The notes beneath the pieces were generated by a model, which was not told the origin of the DNA, did no database searches, and worked only from the letters and a program-made list of their open reading frames with translations. From assembly GCF_001194135.2 (NCBI RefSeq), contig NC_068986.1, forward strand, positions 3,964,713 to 4,028,712: a stretch of DNA of 64,000 nucleotides. Direction: 5' to 3'. This document shows positions 12,697 to 25,994 of this stretch, piece after piece. The position numbers and the translations under genes were made by a program. Source of the DNA: Octopus bimaculoides (Eukaryota). The number at the start of each line of letters is the position of its first letter. Within the stretch, counting starts at the first letter, position 1.

Positions 12697-13450
12697 TTAC
12701 GAAACGCTGGTGCGCGCTCGGAAAGCTCTGCCACATGTCGGGCCCATGGTAGTCTGCTGGGTATGAAGGTGAAGTGTTGGCTCTGGACTTGCGCAGTTCG
12801 TGTTTTCTTTGTGTCTATGCAATCCTGGTCTATTCATAGGAGGTGGTACCTTTGTCGGTGCAGTTTCGTTAGGAGGAGTGGTCATGCAATTGTGTTTCTC
12901 GCGCGTCAGGATTGATCTCAAAGCTCTCTAGTCAGGCTTTGAGTGTATCCTTGAAATGTTTTTTCTGTCCACCTTGCCTGCGCTTGTTTTCTGCCAGATC
13001 GGTGTAAAACAGTCTCTTAGGAAGTCGTGTGTCAAGTATTCGATCAAGGTGGCCTTCCTACCTGTCTTATGATCTCCCCAGAAGTGTATAAGTGCTTGGC
13101 AGATCAGCTCAAGATAGGACTTCCGTATTTGGGATCTTGTCTTGTCAGGTGATTTTTCAAAAGCTTTCAGAGGCATTTCATGTGGAAGTGGTTGAACTTT
13201 TTGTCGGTGCGTTCGTAAACCGCCCAAGTCTCGCAGGTGTACAGAAGTGTAGTACAACTGCTTGGTACATCTTGAACTTAGTGGTCAAACATGCCTTTCC
13301 TCTCCCATAATGGTTCACGGAGCCACTCGTATGCTGAGCTTCCCTTGGCGATGTATGTGTCGACTTTATCGTCAATGCTCACAGATCTGGAGAGTGTGTT
13401 ACCTACGGGATTTCCTCTTCGATAGTGTCAGTTGGTACCACATGCAGCTT
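12697..13450 (-). mobile_element. RTE-clade LINE ORF2 C-terminal fragment
   Basis: TLSRSVSIDDKVD, KMYQAVV, QDKIPNTEVL, HLDRILDTRLPKRLFY, GGQKKHFKDTLK and terminal PTCGRAFRAR. Confidence 0.88.
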
Positions 13451-13458
13451 CTGCAGGG

Positions 13459-13506
13459 CTGATTGGTACCAACTGACCTCTGATTGGTACCAACTGACCT
13501 CTGATT
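13459..13506. repeat. 21-bp tandem duplication (ctgattggtaccaactgacct, 2.3 copies)
   Basis: Directly visible at the 5' break of the RTE fragment. Confidence 0.9.
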
Positions 13507-15105
13507 GTGAGGCCAAAGTTGTTGCAGGCAGTTGAAAAGCATTTCATTCTCTGTTACATCTGGACCTTTGTAGCAGTATTGAAAACAAAGACTTTGCTAA
13601 CAGGAAGTCAGGAAGTCACTCACTGAGTCCTCTTCCACCTTGGTCTTGGCTGTAGCCTCCACTATTTGAGAAGTCTGCCATCAGTTCTGAATCTGATCTT
13701 GATAACATCCAAATTGCATAAAATCTTACCCTACTGTCTTAGTTGAATAACTTGGTCCCTCATAAACAAACAAAAAGATGGAATGATCAAGGCTGGAATG
13801 CATTCGGTCATAGATCAATACTATCAGGGCTCATCTGGGACTTAGTAATAATTTAAACAACGACAACTACAGCTAATACGTGTCAGCGGGGGAATCTTTA
13901 AGTAGTAGCTTGATCTGTAAGAAATAGTAGCCAACTCTCCCTCATATTATACTGATATCATAAATAAGATGTCAATGTGATTTGAGGGAGATTAAGTTAC
14001 TGTTTTAGCAGGAATAGCGACCACATTGATGCACCCTCGTTGGTTTTTCTCTTAATGTTTTATGTGTGCAGGGATTGTGACGCATATGTTATTACCACTT
14101 AAAGCGGTGACTATGATAAGCAACTGCAGCTGAGAATCAAACGTGACCTAAAGATTGCTAACTGATTAGAGCCTTCAAGATGGCAGTATAAAGGGTGGAA
14201 GATATTCTCACCCCAACAAAAATCTGGCCTAAATGTTTGCAATAAAATGGTCTCCGCTAAAAGCAACTAAAGGCCAAGTTGTGGTTGTGATGGTGTTAAA
14301 CCTGGCAAATGAGAATAAAAACGGGCGTCAGGCTTCATTCAGTGTTCTCTTACCACCCGGCTATAACACAGCGATTCAACACAATACTTTGTTAAAGAAA
14401 AAATAAATCAAGCAAAATGTTACGAGTTAAAGTTAAACAAAATACGGTAGCAGCCATATCAGAAACGACAACAGTTAAAAGAACAAGAAATATTACAACA
14501 ACGATAGTTATCTGTTGAACATGCTTCTTTAGAGAAAAGAAAACAATACTGCAAATTATAAAATAATAATTAAGAAAATAACAATAATTATCTGATTAGC
14601 AATTATTAACCGGTAAAAATACTGAAAAAATTAATTAATTTTACTAAATTAATTTTTTCCGAAAATATTTGGCTATTATTCCTAAAGAGAAAAGAGTTTT
14701 TCGCAATTCTTATTTATTTATTTATTTATTTTTGCGGAAACATGTTCATCGGGAAGAACTGTGTCATTATATAACTACTGCAGCTGTTGCTGTTATTGCT
14801 GTTGTCCTTTGACCTTAGGTCAACCTTGATCAAGCAGGACTATGATTGAAGGCGCTCCATCCATAACCATCCCTGCTCTTTTTACATATTTATGAATATA
14901 TCGTATAATATGCTTTTCCTGTATGAAACGGTAACTCGTGACTTAAGAAACATCTGACAGCTATTTCTAGCAGACCCAGCGACCATTTAATGAATACTCA
15001 CAGTTAATCGATTATTGCAGAGTTGCTAGATTGTATTTTGCTGTGTTTTTTTATATATATATTTAAAGTTTTTTTTTTGTTCATTTCATTACAACTTTCG
15101 TCAGC

Positions 15106-15810
15106 AAAGCAGCGAGTTGGCAGAATTGTTAGCGTGTCGGTCAAAATACTTGGCGGCATTTCTTCCGACTCTTCACGTTCTGAGTTCAAATTACGCCTAG
15201 GTTGACTTTGCCTTCTGTCTTTTTGGGATTGATGAAATAAGTATCCGTTGAGCACCGGGGTCAATGTAATAAACTAACTCCATCTCTTTAAAAAAATTGG
15301 TGACCATGTGCTAAAATTTGAAGCCATTATTATATTTGTGAAAGCGACGAAATGGTAGAATTGTTAGTGCGTCAAATAAAAAAATGCTTTGCGGTACTTG
15401 TTTCGGCTCTTTACTATTTGCGTTCGAATCCCACTAAGATCAACTTACCCTAACATCCTTTAAGAATCAATAAAATAAGTTCTAGTTGAACTCGTGGGGA
15501 GGGAGTCGATGCACTCGACTAACTACCTCCTAAAAATTGCTAGCCTTGTGTAAAACTAGTCAATCATTATTACTTTGTGCGCAAAGGCGGCGAGCTGTCA
15601 GAACCATTAGCACACTGGACAAAATGCTTATCGGAATTTCGTCTGTCCTTACTGAGTTTTGAGTTCAAATTTGCGGAGGTCGACTTGGCCTTCCATCCTT
15701 TCGAGGTCGATAAATGAATTACCAGTGGCGTACTGAGGTCGATGTAATCGACTTAACCCCCCCCCCCCAAAAAAAAAATTTCAGGCCTTGTGCCTATAGT
15801 AGGTTATTAC
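15106..15810 (+). mobile_element. Head-to-tail cluster of three family-A SINEs
   Basis: Three copies of the GAGYTGGCAGAA...GTTCAAAT...GTCGACTTTGCCTT core, starting near 15106, 15335 and 15585. Confidence 0.85.
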
Positions 15811-16230
15811 TTTCTGTGTAGAGTAATTATTATTGTACCAACAATGACATCCCTTATATCATCGACAAATCTCTGTAAATTTCTCTTGCATGCAGTTTTT
15901 ACTTATAATTATACTATCTATACTTCATTGTTTGGCGATTAATGAAAAGTATTAGCTATGATAATATCAGACAGAAAGCGTTTCCTCGAAAAATCTTTAT
16001 GGACTGAGATACTTTTCTATGTTGCATTACTATGGCACTTTAAAGTTGAATTTCGTATTAATATATTTGATATATTTTGTTTACTATTTCTCTCCCCCTC
16101 CTCTTCTCTCCCTGAATATTGCCTGTTGCTTCATAGGTTCGCGCTTGTTGACACTCTTGAAAATAGATAATGTTTACGATCTCTTCAGCAGATATTTATT
16201 TTAAAATTTGTTGGAGCAATTTTGTAACAC

Positions 16231-16640
16231 ATGTAGTCGTGTTTATCACGGATTCATTTATTCCTGATTCAGGATGACACGATACGCTCAAATGTTAACC
16301 TTGTTATACTTATCACAGCTTGATCTATGATAACACAGGGCAGCGACCAGACAAAGATTCTGCTTGTAGTGCAAAAGCGCGCCCCAGCGACCACCCACAA
16401 TGCTCACTTACCAACAATACACTGAATAACGCTTTGTGTTTAAATAACCATTCAGCGAGGGTGTGTGTTCTTTGTACAAATTTATACACCCGCACTCATC
16501 AACATAGGACGAAAAACAAAAAAACGAAGGTGCATGATCTCAACAGACGAAGGTAGAGATGATCAAGAAAATACGTGACGGCGGTAGATTCGCTGCGGTA
16601 AAAAAAAAATCAAACCCTCTTGATAAACGTGGATATACAT
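16231..16640 (+). mobile_element. Possible decayed Tigger/pogo-derived MITE
   Basis: KKRRCMISTD(fs)KVEMIKKIRDG resembles a CENP-B/Tigger N-terminal HTH; degenerate terminal repeat around gtttatca / tgataaac. Confidence 0.35.
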
Positions 16641-18680
16641 AACTTTTAGTTTACTAGTTTAAATATGTGGTTATTATGGTTAGAGATAAAATTCCTGTTT
16701 CTTCTGGTGCACTTCATTTTCCATATTCTAGGTGAGTATATACTTACTGAAATATTTTACCTTAAGTAGCAATGATGATCGTTTTCTTAGAGGATAGTCA
16801 CGTTTTAAATAAGTTGTTTCAATATTCTATATCTAAGATTTGATCCTATGTTGCTAAAACCAGAACTTTTGTTTCTGCTTTTAATCAAGATCTTCCACCA
16901 GGGTTTTCTTTCTCTCTAGCTGTTTATTGGCTTTGGAACGCATTTTTTCTATCTCCATCAGTATCTTTAGTACAGATCGAAAATAGTTTAATTTTTGTGC
17001 TTCTTTTTCAAACCTTTTCTGTTGCATTGATCTTATTTATTTGTGTTTTTTCAAGTAGTTAGCTTCCAGTTTGTATTTTATTGTTTCTTTACATTCTTGT
17101 ATTATTGTCTAATTTCTGTGGCCATACTGGAGAACCGCATTCAAAGGTTTGCTCAATCACATTGAACCTAATGCTAATGCTTCAGTCAAGGACGTAATTT
17201 ATCATTCTCGGTGTATGCAACCTAACATTAAGGTACTCAGTATCTACAACGGTTTTGGGGCCGGGATAAATTTAATACAGACACACAAACACACGTACAC
17301 ACACGCACATGAACATACATGCGCGTATATGCACGCATATATTCGCGTGTGTGTAATATATTCATTCAGACTGAACCAAACAGTCTGAAATTAACACTTT
17401 CAACAGACCTAATACGCATCGAAACCTTCACTCAACCATTTTGATGAGAAAAGCAATAACAAGCAACACATTGGACAGAACGTAATTTTCCAATTTGTCT
17501 AGGCAAACTGCGCATTCGCAATCATGTCAACATAGAACGATGGATATCACTCTTATGGGAGTTAAAAACTGAAAATAGTTCAAATGGGAGACAACCAGAG
17601 AGAGGTTATTTATTCCACTGTTGGATTGGCAGCACATGTATCCTATATATAAAGAAGAAGTTTTCTTCGTGTTCTCTTCTTGCACAAATTAGTTTTCATT
17701 TCCTTGTATTATTCTGGGACCACTGTTAGAAAATGATGATTGATTGTAGAAAACTATTATTGTCTATTAATGACCTGTCTTCTCTGTATGCAGGGTAGGT
17801 GTATCTAATTTATACCAATGCTTGGAATGTGACTTAGGAACTTTGTTAATAGTTGTTTTCCTTTGAACTTTTCGATTAACACAACTTCTTATGCATTATG
17901 TTTGTAGTTTACAATTGGGACAGCAAGCATATTAATGCCTATTGTTTTATTTCTAGTACTGAGTTCGGTTTCCCTAGTATTCTATTATAGCCATAACGAA
18001 TCTTACTTCATGTCTGAAAACAGAGAAATGTTACCCTCCTTTTACCTCTTCCGCGATGTATTTCTTGGGGAAGGGGGCACGGAATCTGTGATATACCTCT
18101 TCTATTTCTCTTCTTTTCTAGGAACCGACCTAACTCGTGTACCGCCTTCATATTATCTAAACAAACGAAAACTACTGCCACTATTACTAATCGTTATTTT
18201 ATCATTTGCTAAAGCGGAACCGTTTGTTGTATATGTTTGTTCCAAAGTTTCCATCTTCTATTTGTTTACGCACCATTTCCTTCAGACTTTATGTTACTGC
18301 TTACAAATTTTTAGAAAATTTCTTGGAGACGTATCTGCTATTACCACGCTTGGAGCCAGTACTTAAATACAACTAAAAAAAAAGAATTTAACACGAATAA
18401 CTGTTGAATAGCATTTAAAGTAACATAAATACCTAAAATACCTAAAAGACACATTTTCTCTACCCCACGTAATGGTGTAGATGCCCCTTATGTTTACAAA
18501 ACAAAATGACCCACCTCCCGTTCTCCCTAAAACTTTTCTTCATCAAATAAATCCTGGTAGAATCTAACTTTTTGTGGTGCCATCTCGAAGGTGCCTATAA
18601 GCTTCAACACACAACAGCAATATTAATAATGATTTCGAAGTTTGGAACAAGGCCTCCAGCAATATTAATAATAATAATAA

Positions 18681-19378
18681 TTCTTTCTACAATAAGCACA
18701 AGGTCTGAAATTTTGTGGAGAGAAAGGACGCAAGGCAAAGTCAACCTTAGCATCATATGATCTCAGAACTTAAATGCCACTAGGCATTTTTCCATGCGCT
18801 AACGGTTCTGCCAGCTCGCCGCCTTAATGTTAATAATAAGCCTTTCTACTTTAGGTACAGGGTCTGAAAATAGGAAGGAGGGGCCAGTCGAATACATCAA
18901 CCACAGTGCTTATTTTATCGACTCCTAAAGGATGGAAGGCCGAGTCGACCTCGGTGGAATGAGAACTCAGAACGTAAAGACGGACAAAATTTCGTAAAGC
19001 ATTTTGTTTTTACATTATTGATTTTGCCGTCATGCCGCTTAAACAACAACGTCTAGAATAATAATCCTTTCTACTATAGGCACAAGGCCTAAAATTTGGG
19101 GGGAAGTGCGTAACTGGTACTTATTTAATCAACCCCGGAAGGATGAAAGGCAAAGTTGACCTCTGCGGAATTTAACTCAGAACGTAGCGGAAGACGAAAT
19201 ACCGCTTAGCATTTCTCCCGGCGTGCTAACGATTCTGCCGGCTCCCCGCCTTTAAGAATCTCTTCTTCTAAAGGCTCACGGCCTAAAATTTCGGGTCAGG
19301 GAGCAAGTTGATTACATCGAACCCAGTGCGTAACTGGTACTTTTTAATCGACCCCGAAAGTATGAAAGGCAAAATCGA
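18681..19378 (-). mobile_element. Head-to-tail cluster of four family-A SINEs (last runs into a gap)
   Basis: Repeated ggcaaagtcgacct...gaactcagaac...ttctgcc...cgcc cores. Confidence 0.85.
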
Positions 19379-20041
19379 NNNNNNNNNNNNNNNNNNNNNN
19401 NNNNNNNNNNNNNNNNNNNNNNNNNNNNNNNNNNNNNNNNNNNNNNNNNNNNNNNNNNNNNNNNNNNNNNNNNNNNNNNNNNNNNNNNNNNNNNNNNNNN
19501 NNNNNNNNNNNNNNNNNNNNNNNNNNNNNNNNNNNNNNNNNNNNNNNNNNNNNNNNNNNNNNNNNNNNNNNNNNNNNNNNNNNNNNNNNNNNNNNNNNNN
19601 NNNNNNNNNNNNNNNNNNNNNNNNNNNNNNNNNNNNNNNNNNNNNNNNNNNNNNNNNNNNNNNNNNNNNNNNNNNNNNNNNNNNNNNNNNNNNNNNNNNN
19701 NNNNNNNNNNNNNNNNNNNNNNNNNNNNNNNNNNNNNNNNNNNNNNNNNNNNNNNNNNNNNNNNNNNNNNNNNNNNNNNNNNNNNNNNNNNNNNNNNNNN
19801 NNNNNNNNNNNNNNNNNNNNNNNNNNNNNNNNNNNNNNNNNNNNNNNNNNNNNNNNNNNNNNNNNNNNGGTGATAATACGTATTAAGATTTTCGTTAAAA
19901 GCCGCCTAACAATATTTACTTATGGTTCTATATTTTCTGAGGTCGAATCCCGGCAAGGTAGTTTCGTAATAGTAATATTTAATAGATTATTCTCCTCACG
20001 TATAAATTTTCATATGGTAAAATAGATACTTATTACTACCG

Positions 20042-20330
20042 TTATTTGATGTTACAGTTATTCGTGATGATGATTATTGTGCTGACGATTATAAGGCTGT
20101 TCATAATTATAATGGTGGTGACGATGATGATGATGATGATGACGACGATGATGATGATCATGGCAACGAAGATATTGATGGAAACGGCGACGACGATGAT
20201 GATTATGATGATGATTGTGGTGGTGGTAGTGGTGGTCATGATGGCTCTAACAGCGAAAGCGACGACGACGACGACGATGGTGTTGGTGATGGTGAATATT
20301 TTGATTATGATGACCATGGTAGTAGTGGTT
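20042..20330. repeat. Degenerate GAT/GAC/GGT trinucleotide low-complexity tract
   Basis: Directly visible. Confidence 0.85.
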
Positions 20331-20463
20331 GTGAAAGAAATTTGTTTCAGCAGGAAAAAAAAAAGAGTATTTAAAATGTTATTTGTGCACCTGCGTTCAG
20401 TGAATTAATAAAACTGATCATTTGGAAACGATTTCAGAAATAAATTTATGAAGGTAGAATATA

Positions 20464-20500
<37 letters not shown>

Positions 20501-21249
20501 NNNNNNNNNNNNNNNNNNNNNNNNNNNNNNNNNNNNNNNNNNNNNNNNNNNNNNNNNNNNNNNNNNNNNNNNNNNNNNNNNNNNNNNNNNNNNNNNNNNN
20601 NNNNNNNNNNNNNNNNNNNNNNNNNNNNNNNNNNNNNNNNNNNNNNNNNNNNNNNNNNNNNNNNNNNNNNNNNNNNNNNNNNNNNNNNNNNNNNNNNNNN
20701 NNNNNNNNNNNNNNNNNNNNNNNNNNNNNNNNNNNNNNNNNNNNNNNNNNNNNNNNNNNNNNNNNNNNNNNNNNNNNNNNNNNNNNNNNNNNNNNNNNNN
20801 NNNNNNNNNNNNNNNNNNNNNNNNNNNNNNNNNNNNNNNNNNNNNNNNNNNNNNNNNNNNNNNNNNNNNNNNNNNNNNNNNNNNNNNNNNNNNNNNNNNN
20901 NNNNNNNNNNNNNNNNNNNNNNNNNNNNNNNNNNNNNNNNNNNNNNNNNNNNNNNNNNNNNNNNNNNNNNNNNNNNNNNNNNNNNNNNNNNNNNNNNNNN
21001 NNNNNNNNNNNNNNNNNNNNNNNNNNNNNNNNNNNNNNNNNNNNNNNNNNNNNNNNNNNNNNNNNNNNNNNNNNNNNNNNNNNNNNNNNNNNNNNNNNNN
21101 NNNNNNNNNNNNNNNNNNNNNNNNNNNNNNNNNNNNNNNNNNNNNNNNNNNNNNNNNNNNNNNNNNNNNNNNNNNNNNNNNNNNNNNNNNNNNNNNNNNN
21201 NNNNNNNNNNNNNNNNNNNNNNNNNNNNNNNNNNNNNNNNNNNNNNNNN

Positions 21250-21299
<50 letters not shown>

Positions 21300-21360
21300 G
21301 TGAAGTGAATAAACTGTTGTTTAAATTACGCTAAAATGAAAATAGCCTTGGTATCTCATT

Positions 21361-21554
21361 TTTACAGATCACTCCAGACACCATGATGTTGACTGGATGT
21401 TTGATTTTTATCGCTCTCCGTACATGTCCTCAGATTACACCGTACTCAGATTGACACACAAACACTCTAAACTGTTTGTACAGGAGCTTCCGGCGCGAAT
21501 GCCAAGCAGTACAGCTTGTCGTTTCCAAATTTCTGGCAGAGTGAATCGCATCAT
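21361..21554 (-). mobile_element. Internally deleted Tc1/mariner-superfamily transposase remnant
   Basis: MMRFTLPEIWKRQAVLLGIRAGSS...CVNLSTV joined to IKHPVNIMVSGVI, which resembles the 'H P..IMV.G.I' motif near the first catalytic D. Confidence 0.5.
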
Positions 21555-21677
21555 GGTGCTGTTTTTTTCTCACACACGGTGTCCAACTGGCCCTACTAAG
21601 GTATGTAGTTGACAAAATCAAAAATAATGTACATGCGCAATATTAAAAATATAAAATGGGGATAATGTACCCAACGC

Positions 21678-21743
<66 letters not shown>

Positions 21744-21744
21744 G

Positions 21745-22410
21745 AAGACGGTGAGCTGATAGAATCGTTAGCCAGCCGGACAAAATGTTTAGCGGGATTT
21801 CTTTCGGATATGTTCAAATTCTAGTTTAAATTCCACTGAGGTCGACTTTGCCAATAGTAGAATGGATGTGCATGTGCATGTGCGTTTGCGATGTGTGTGT
21901 GTGTGTGTGTGTGTGTGATTGTGTGTGTATACGTGTATGAGAGAGACAAAGAATCTCTGTATTAATACAGGTGTAAAGGCGATGAGCTAGCAGAATCGTC
22001 TGGGTGCCGGGCAAAATGCTTAGCAGGATTTCGTCCGTCTTCATGTTCGGAATTCAAATTCCGCTGAGGTCGACATTGCTTTTCCTCCTTTCGAAGTCGA
22101 TAAAATAAGTACCAGTTGAGCACTGGGGTCGACGTAATCGATTGACTCCCTTCCTCGAAATTTCTGGCCTTGTACCAAAATTTGAAATCGATATTAAGAC
22201 AGGTGTAAGATGGCGGACTGGCAGAATAGTTAGTATGGCGGGAAAAATGCTTCGCAGAATTTTGTCCGGCTTTACGCTCTGAGTTCAAATTCGACTTTGC
22301 CTTTCAACCTTTCGGATTCGAAAAAGTGCTAGTTGAGTACTGGGATCGATGTAATCAACTTAATCCTCCCCCGAAGTTATTGGCTTTGTGTCAAAATTCG
22401 AAACCACTGT
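21745..22410 (+). mobile_element. Cluster of three family-A SINEs (first partial)
   Basis: Heads at about 21745, 21975 and 22208. Confidence 0.85.
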
Positions 22411-23236
22411 TAAGACAGGTGAGTAGACATGTAAATATGTAACTAGTCGTAATTGTATTGTGCTTCATCTTAAAATAAATCAATAATTGCATATGAACAT
22501 GTTAATTACTGAGAAACATTCACATACGCATGCGCACATATTTGTGTAAGAGCGTAATGTTTTAATTAAATGCTCATCATCTCTCTCGTGATCCCCCTTT
22601 CCTTTCTCTTCACTTAAAAAATTTAGAAATAATCTTCCAGTCTGCACAAATTTAGCAGTTTAATTTAATAATTTTCTCTACACAAATATGAATCCAATGT
22701 ATAGCTATGTATGTATTTGTAGTCATGTCTATGTATATACATGGATATGCATCTTTATATATGTATGAGTATACATTCATTCATACATACATACATACAT
22801 ATAGGCCATGTAGATCAATGGACGATCTACTACTAACGATAAAACGTATATTGCTTTTATCCTACAGATAGATAGATAGATAGATAGATAGATAGGTGCA
22901 TAGGTGCAGAAATAGAGAAGGTAAATAGCTACTGCGTATGTTTCTAAGCTAATCTGGACATGTTATAGGTAACTTAAAATTGTAACATATATATATATAT
23001 ATATATATATANNNNNNNNNNNNNNNNNNNNNNNNNNNNNNNNNNNNNNNNNNNNNNNNNNNNNNNNNNNNNNNNNNNNNNNNNNNNNNNNNNNNNNNNN
23101 NNNNNNNNNNNNNNNNNNNNNNNNNNNNNNNNNNNNNNNNNNNTATATATATATATATATATATATATATGTAAATTGACAGAATGAGATAAAAAACCAA
23201 GGCAGTAATTAGATTTCATAATATTTATCAAAAAAG

Positions 23237-23285
23237 GTCTTACAGTTGTTTCCGGGATATTTATATATAACCCTTCATCAGAGAC
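23237..23285 (-). ncRNA. Minimal type-I hammerhead ribozyme motif (HHR1) in a pLTR-like module
   Basis: Minus strand: GTCT-CTGATGA-AGGG ttatatataaatat CCCG-GAAA-CAACTGT-A^-AGAC. Confidence 0.7.
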
Positions 23286-23369
23286 GGTGCGAGAAAATGT
23301 TTGAGTATCAAATATTGTAAAGAAGATATGAAATACAGAGGGAAGTAAGAGAATGAGTACTTGTAGGGA

Positions 23370-24190
23370 AGGCGCAGACATGCGCCATCCGAGGCAGGTC
23401 AATCCAGGACAATCTTCATCTCTTACGCTATACCTTAGACAAGGTGGGTAAAGTATCCGGTAAAGGTGGGGTATTGGTCCATTTAGACCAAACCAATGCT
23501 TTCGACAGTGTAAACCACCAGTACCTGGCGGCAGTCCTTGGGGAAGCTGGGCAGTGGTTGGATCAAGGCCATTTATGGCGGCATCAAATCCACAGTTGAA
23601 ATAAACTGTTACCTGCAGGAGCCGTTTGAGATCAAGCGCTCGGTTCGTCAAGGGTGCCCCCTGACTCCGCTTCTGTATGTACTGACTCTTGAGCCATTAC
23701 TGCGGTGGTTGGTGAGATTGGAGGGCTTACCCAAAGAAATCAGAAGTGCTAAGTCTGTTTCTGCATATGTGGATGATGTCACCATCACCGTGTCCAATGT
23801 AGCTTAACTACCTTGTGTAGAGGACGCAATCAAAGGATACGAGACGGTGGCAGGGGCAAAAGTTAACAAGGCCCAGTCTATCGGTTTGCGACTCGGCACC
23901 TGGAGCGGCAAGCCGATAACGTCCAGTGTCGTAGGGCACTGGACGGATGGTCCTGTTAAGTTGCTTGGAGTTTGATTTGAACCAGACTCCCAGACGGAGA
24001 AGAATTAGAATGAGATGGCAGGCAGAATGGAGGCCCTAGTCTGGACCTGGTCTGGAAGGGCGCTGTCCCTGAAAAGGAGAGCGGAGGTGGTGCAGGTGTT
24101 TATTGCGTCTGTTATCACCTACCGTCTGACCGTTGTCCCTTGCCGTGCTTCGTGACTATGCAAGTTGGTGCGACTTCTCTTCCGCTTTTT
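23370..24190 (+). mobile_element. L1/Tx1-clade LINE reverse transcriptase fragment
   Basis: QTCAIRGRSIQDNLHLLRY, LDQTNAFDSVNH, SVRQGCPLTPLLYVL, SAYVDDVT, AGAKVNK; contains stops and frameshifts. Confidence 0.92.
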
Positions 24191-24341
24191 GTATATATGT
24201 ATGTATGTATGTTTTTATGTATGTATATTCATCGAATTTGTAATTACAAGCTCACTTAGCACATTTAAGTGTTTGTGACGTCCAATATTGTCCTTCTTTG
24301 TAATAGATATTTATTATCATAATAAAGAAATTGGTGATTAT

Positions 24342-24385
24342 CACACACTCATGACGGTTACTACCCAGAAACCCGGGTCTGTATG
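24342..24385 (+). ncRNA. Minimal hammerhead ribozyme motif (HHR2), core G5>C
   Basis: CACACA-CTCATGA-cGGTtactACCca-GAAA-CCCGGGT-C^-TGTATG; ACCCGGGT is a perfect palindrome. Confidence 0.65.
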
Positions 24386-25963
24386 TATTACGAAAGGCAA
24401 GAGATGGGAACGATGATTTTCCCTTCACAAATGCTAATCAGAAACAGTGTGTCGTTAGCCAGCTGGAGGATATGTTTTTCTGGGGCTTTAAACAACAGTA
24501 GCATCGTCCCCTTATGGGTACGTGACATTTAGCTGGTAAATATTTTTCACGATATATATACATACATACATATATTATACATGGTTTGTGGATATCCGTA
24601 ATTGCATAATATTTTTATTTGTGTTGTTAAATGTTTTAATTCGGTCTGTTTTCCTCGCATACTGTTTTTCTCTGTTATATTGGTGCGCTACGGTGGATTA
24701 TTTAAGACTTGGCTCTTATTTCTAGCAGGTAGATGCTCATTAAGCATCATTACGATATTTCATAGCTCCTTAAAGCTATCATAACTGCGTTCCACCAATG
24801 CTACTACTGGTGATATCATCAAATTTTGAATTTATCCACAGATATGAACAGTAGTGACATCTAACTTCAACTCTCAGTGTTTGAATAGTTCATTTATATA
24901 NNNNNNNNNNNNNNNNNNNNNNNNNNNNNNNNNNNNNNNNNNNNNNNNNNNNNNNNNNNNNNNNNNNNNNNNNNNNNNNNNNNNNNNNNNNNNNNNNNNN
25001 NNNNNNNNNNNNNNNNNNNNNNNNNNNNNNNNNNNNNNNNTATATATATATATATATATATAAGATGAAGGTGAAAGGGTAAAAGATTTAGAGAAACAGA
25101 AGAGAGTGCATTCATTTGCCTACGTTATTCACCTTATTTTTACTTAAACACTCTCAACATCGTGTAATCTACCAACAACAGTTACAAGGTTTCAGTTCTG
25201 AATCGAATCCAGTCACTTCAGCTGGATAATGACGCCATTGTGAAAAGACAGGAACGTTGCAGTAACCGGTTTGTGTGATGTTGTGATAGTAAAAACAAAG
25301 CCATATTAATGCAATCTCGTTTACGCACAAATTATTATGTGACATTATTACATTAGACATGTGTCAATTCTGACATCTACATAACCTTACATACACATAT
25401 ATGAAGAGAAGTAGCGTGTGATCAAGATAAACTTAGACATTTATTCCTGACCAGAAATATATGCATTAAAACATACAGACATTCACACACATATATACAC
25501 ATGAATGAATGTACATAATCAGATAGATACATGCAAATATGTACATCATGTGTTTTATCTCAATTCTCTGCAATCTTTGAAGCTCACTTGTCGGAGATAT
25601 TTTTGTTTCATTGATAAATGAGGTTATTGCTTTCATTTTATTCTCCATAAAACATCCAATTCCGAATGTATATCACAGAATTGCTTTGCTTATTTACAAT
25701 AAAACTGTATTTACAATGTAAACAACGCTATTTGCAGATAGTAAAAAGTAAATAAATAAAACGTTAATAAACACAGCCGGTAACCTTTTGAACCATTAAA
25801 TAATTTATTCAAAGGAGCCTTGCCTTTCATCCTTCCCTATCAATAAAAGTAAGAGTCAAGTATTGTAGTTGATAAAATAAAGAACCAGTGAAGAACTGGA
25901 TCTACAAAATTAATTATATTACTCTGCTCAATTCGAGACCATGAGCCTACATAAAAAATCAGT

Positions 25964-25964
<1 letters not shown>

Positions 25965-25994
<30 letters not shown>

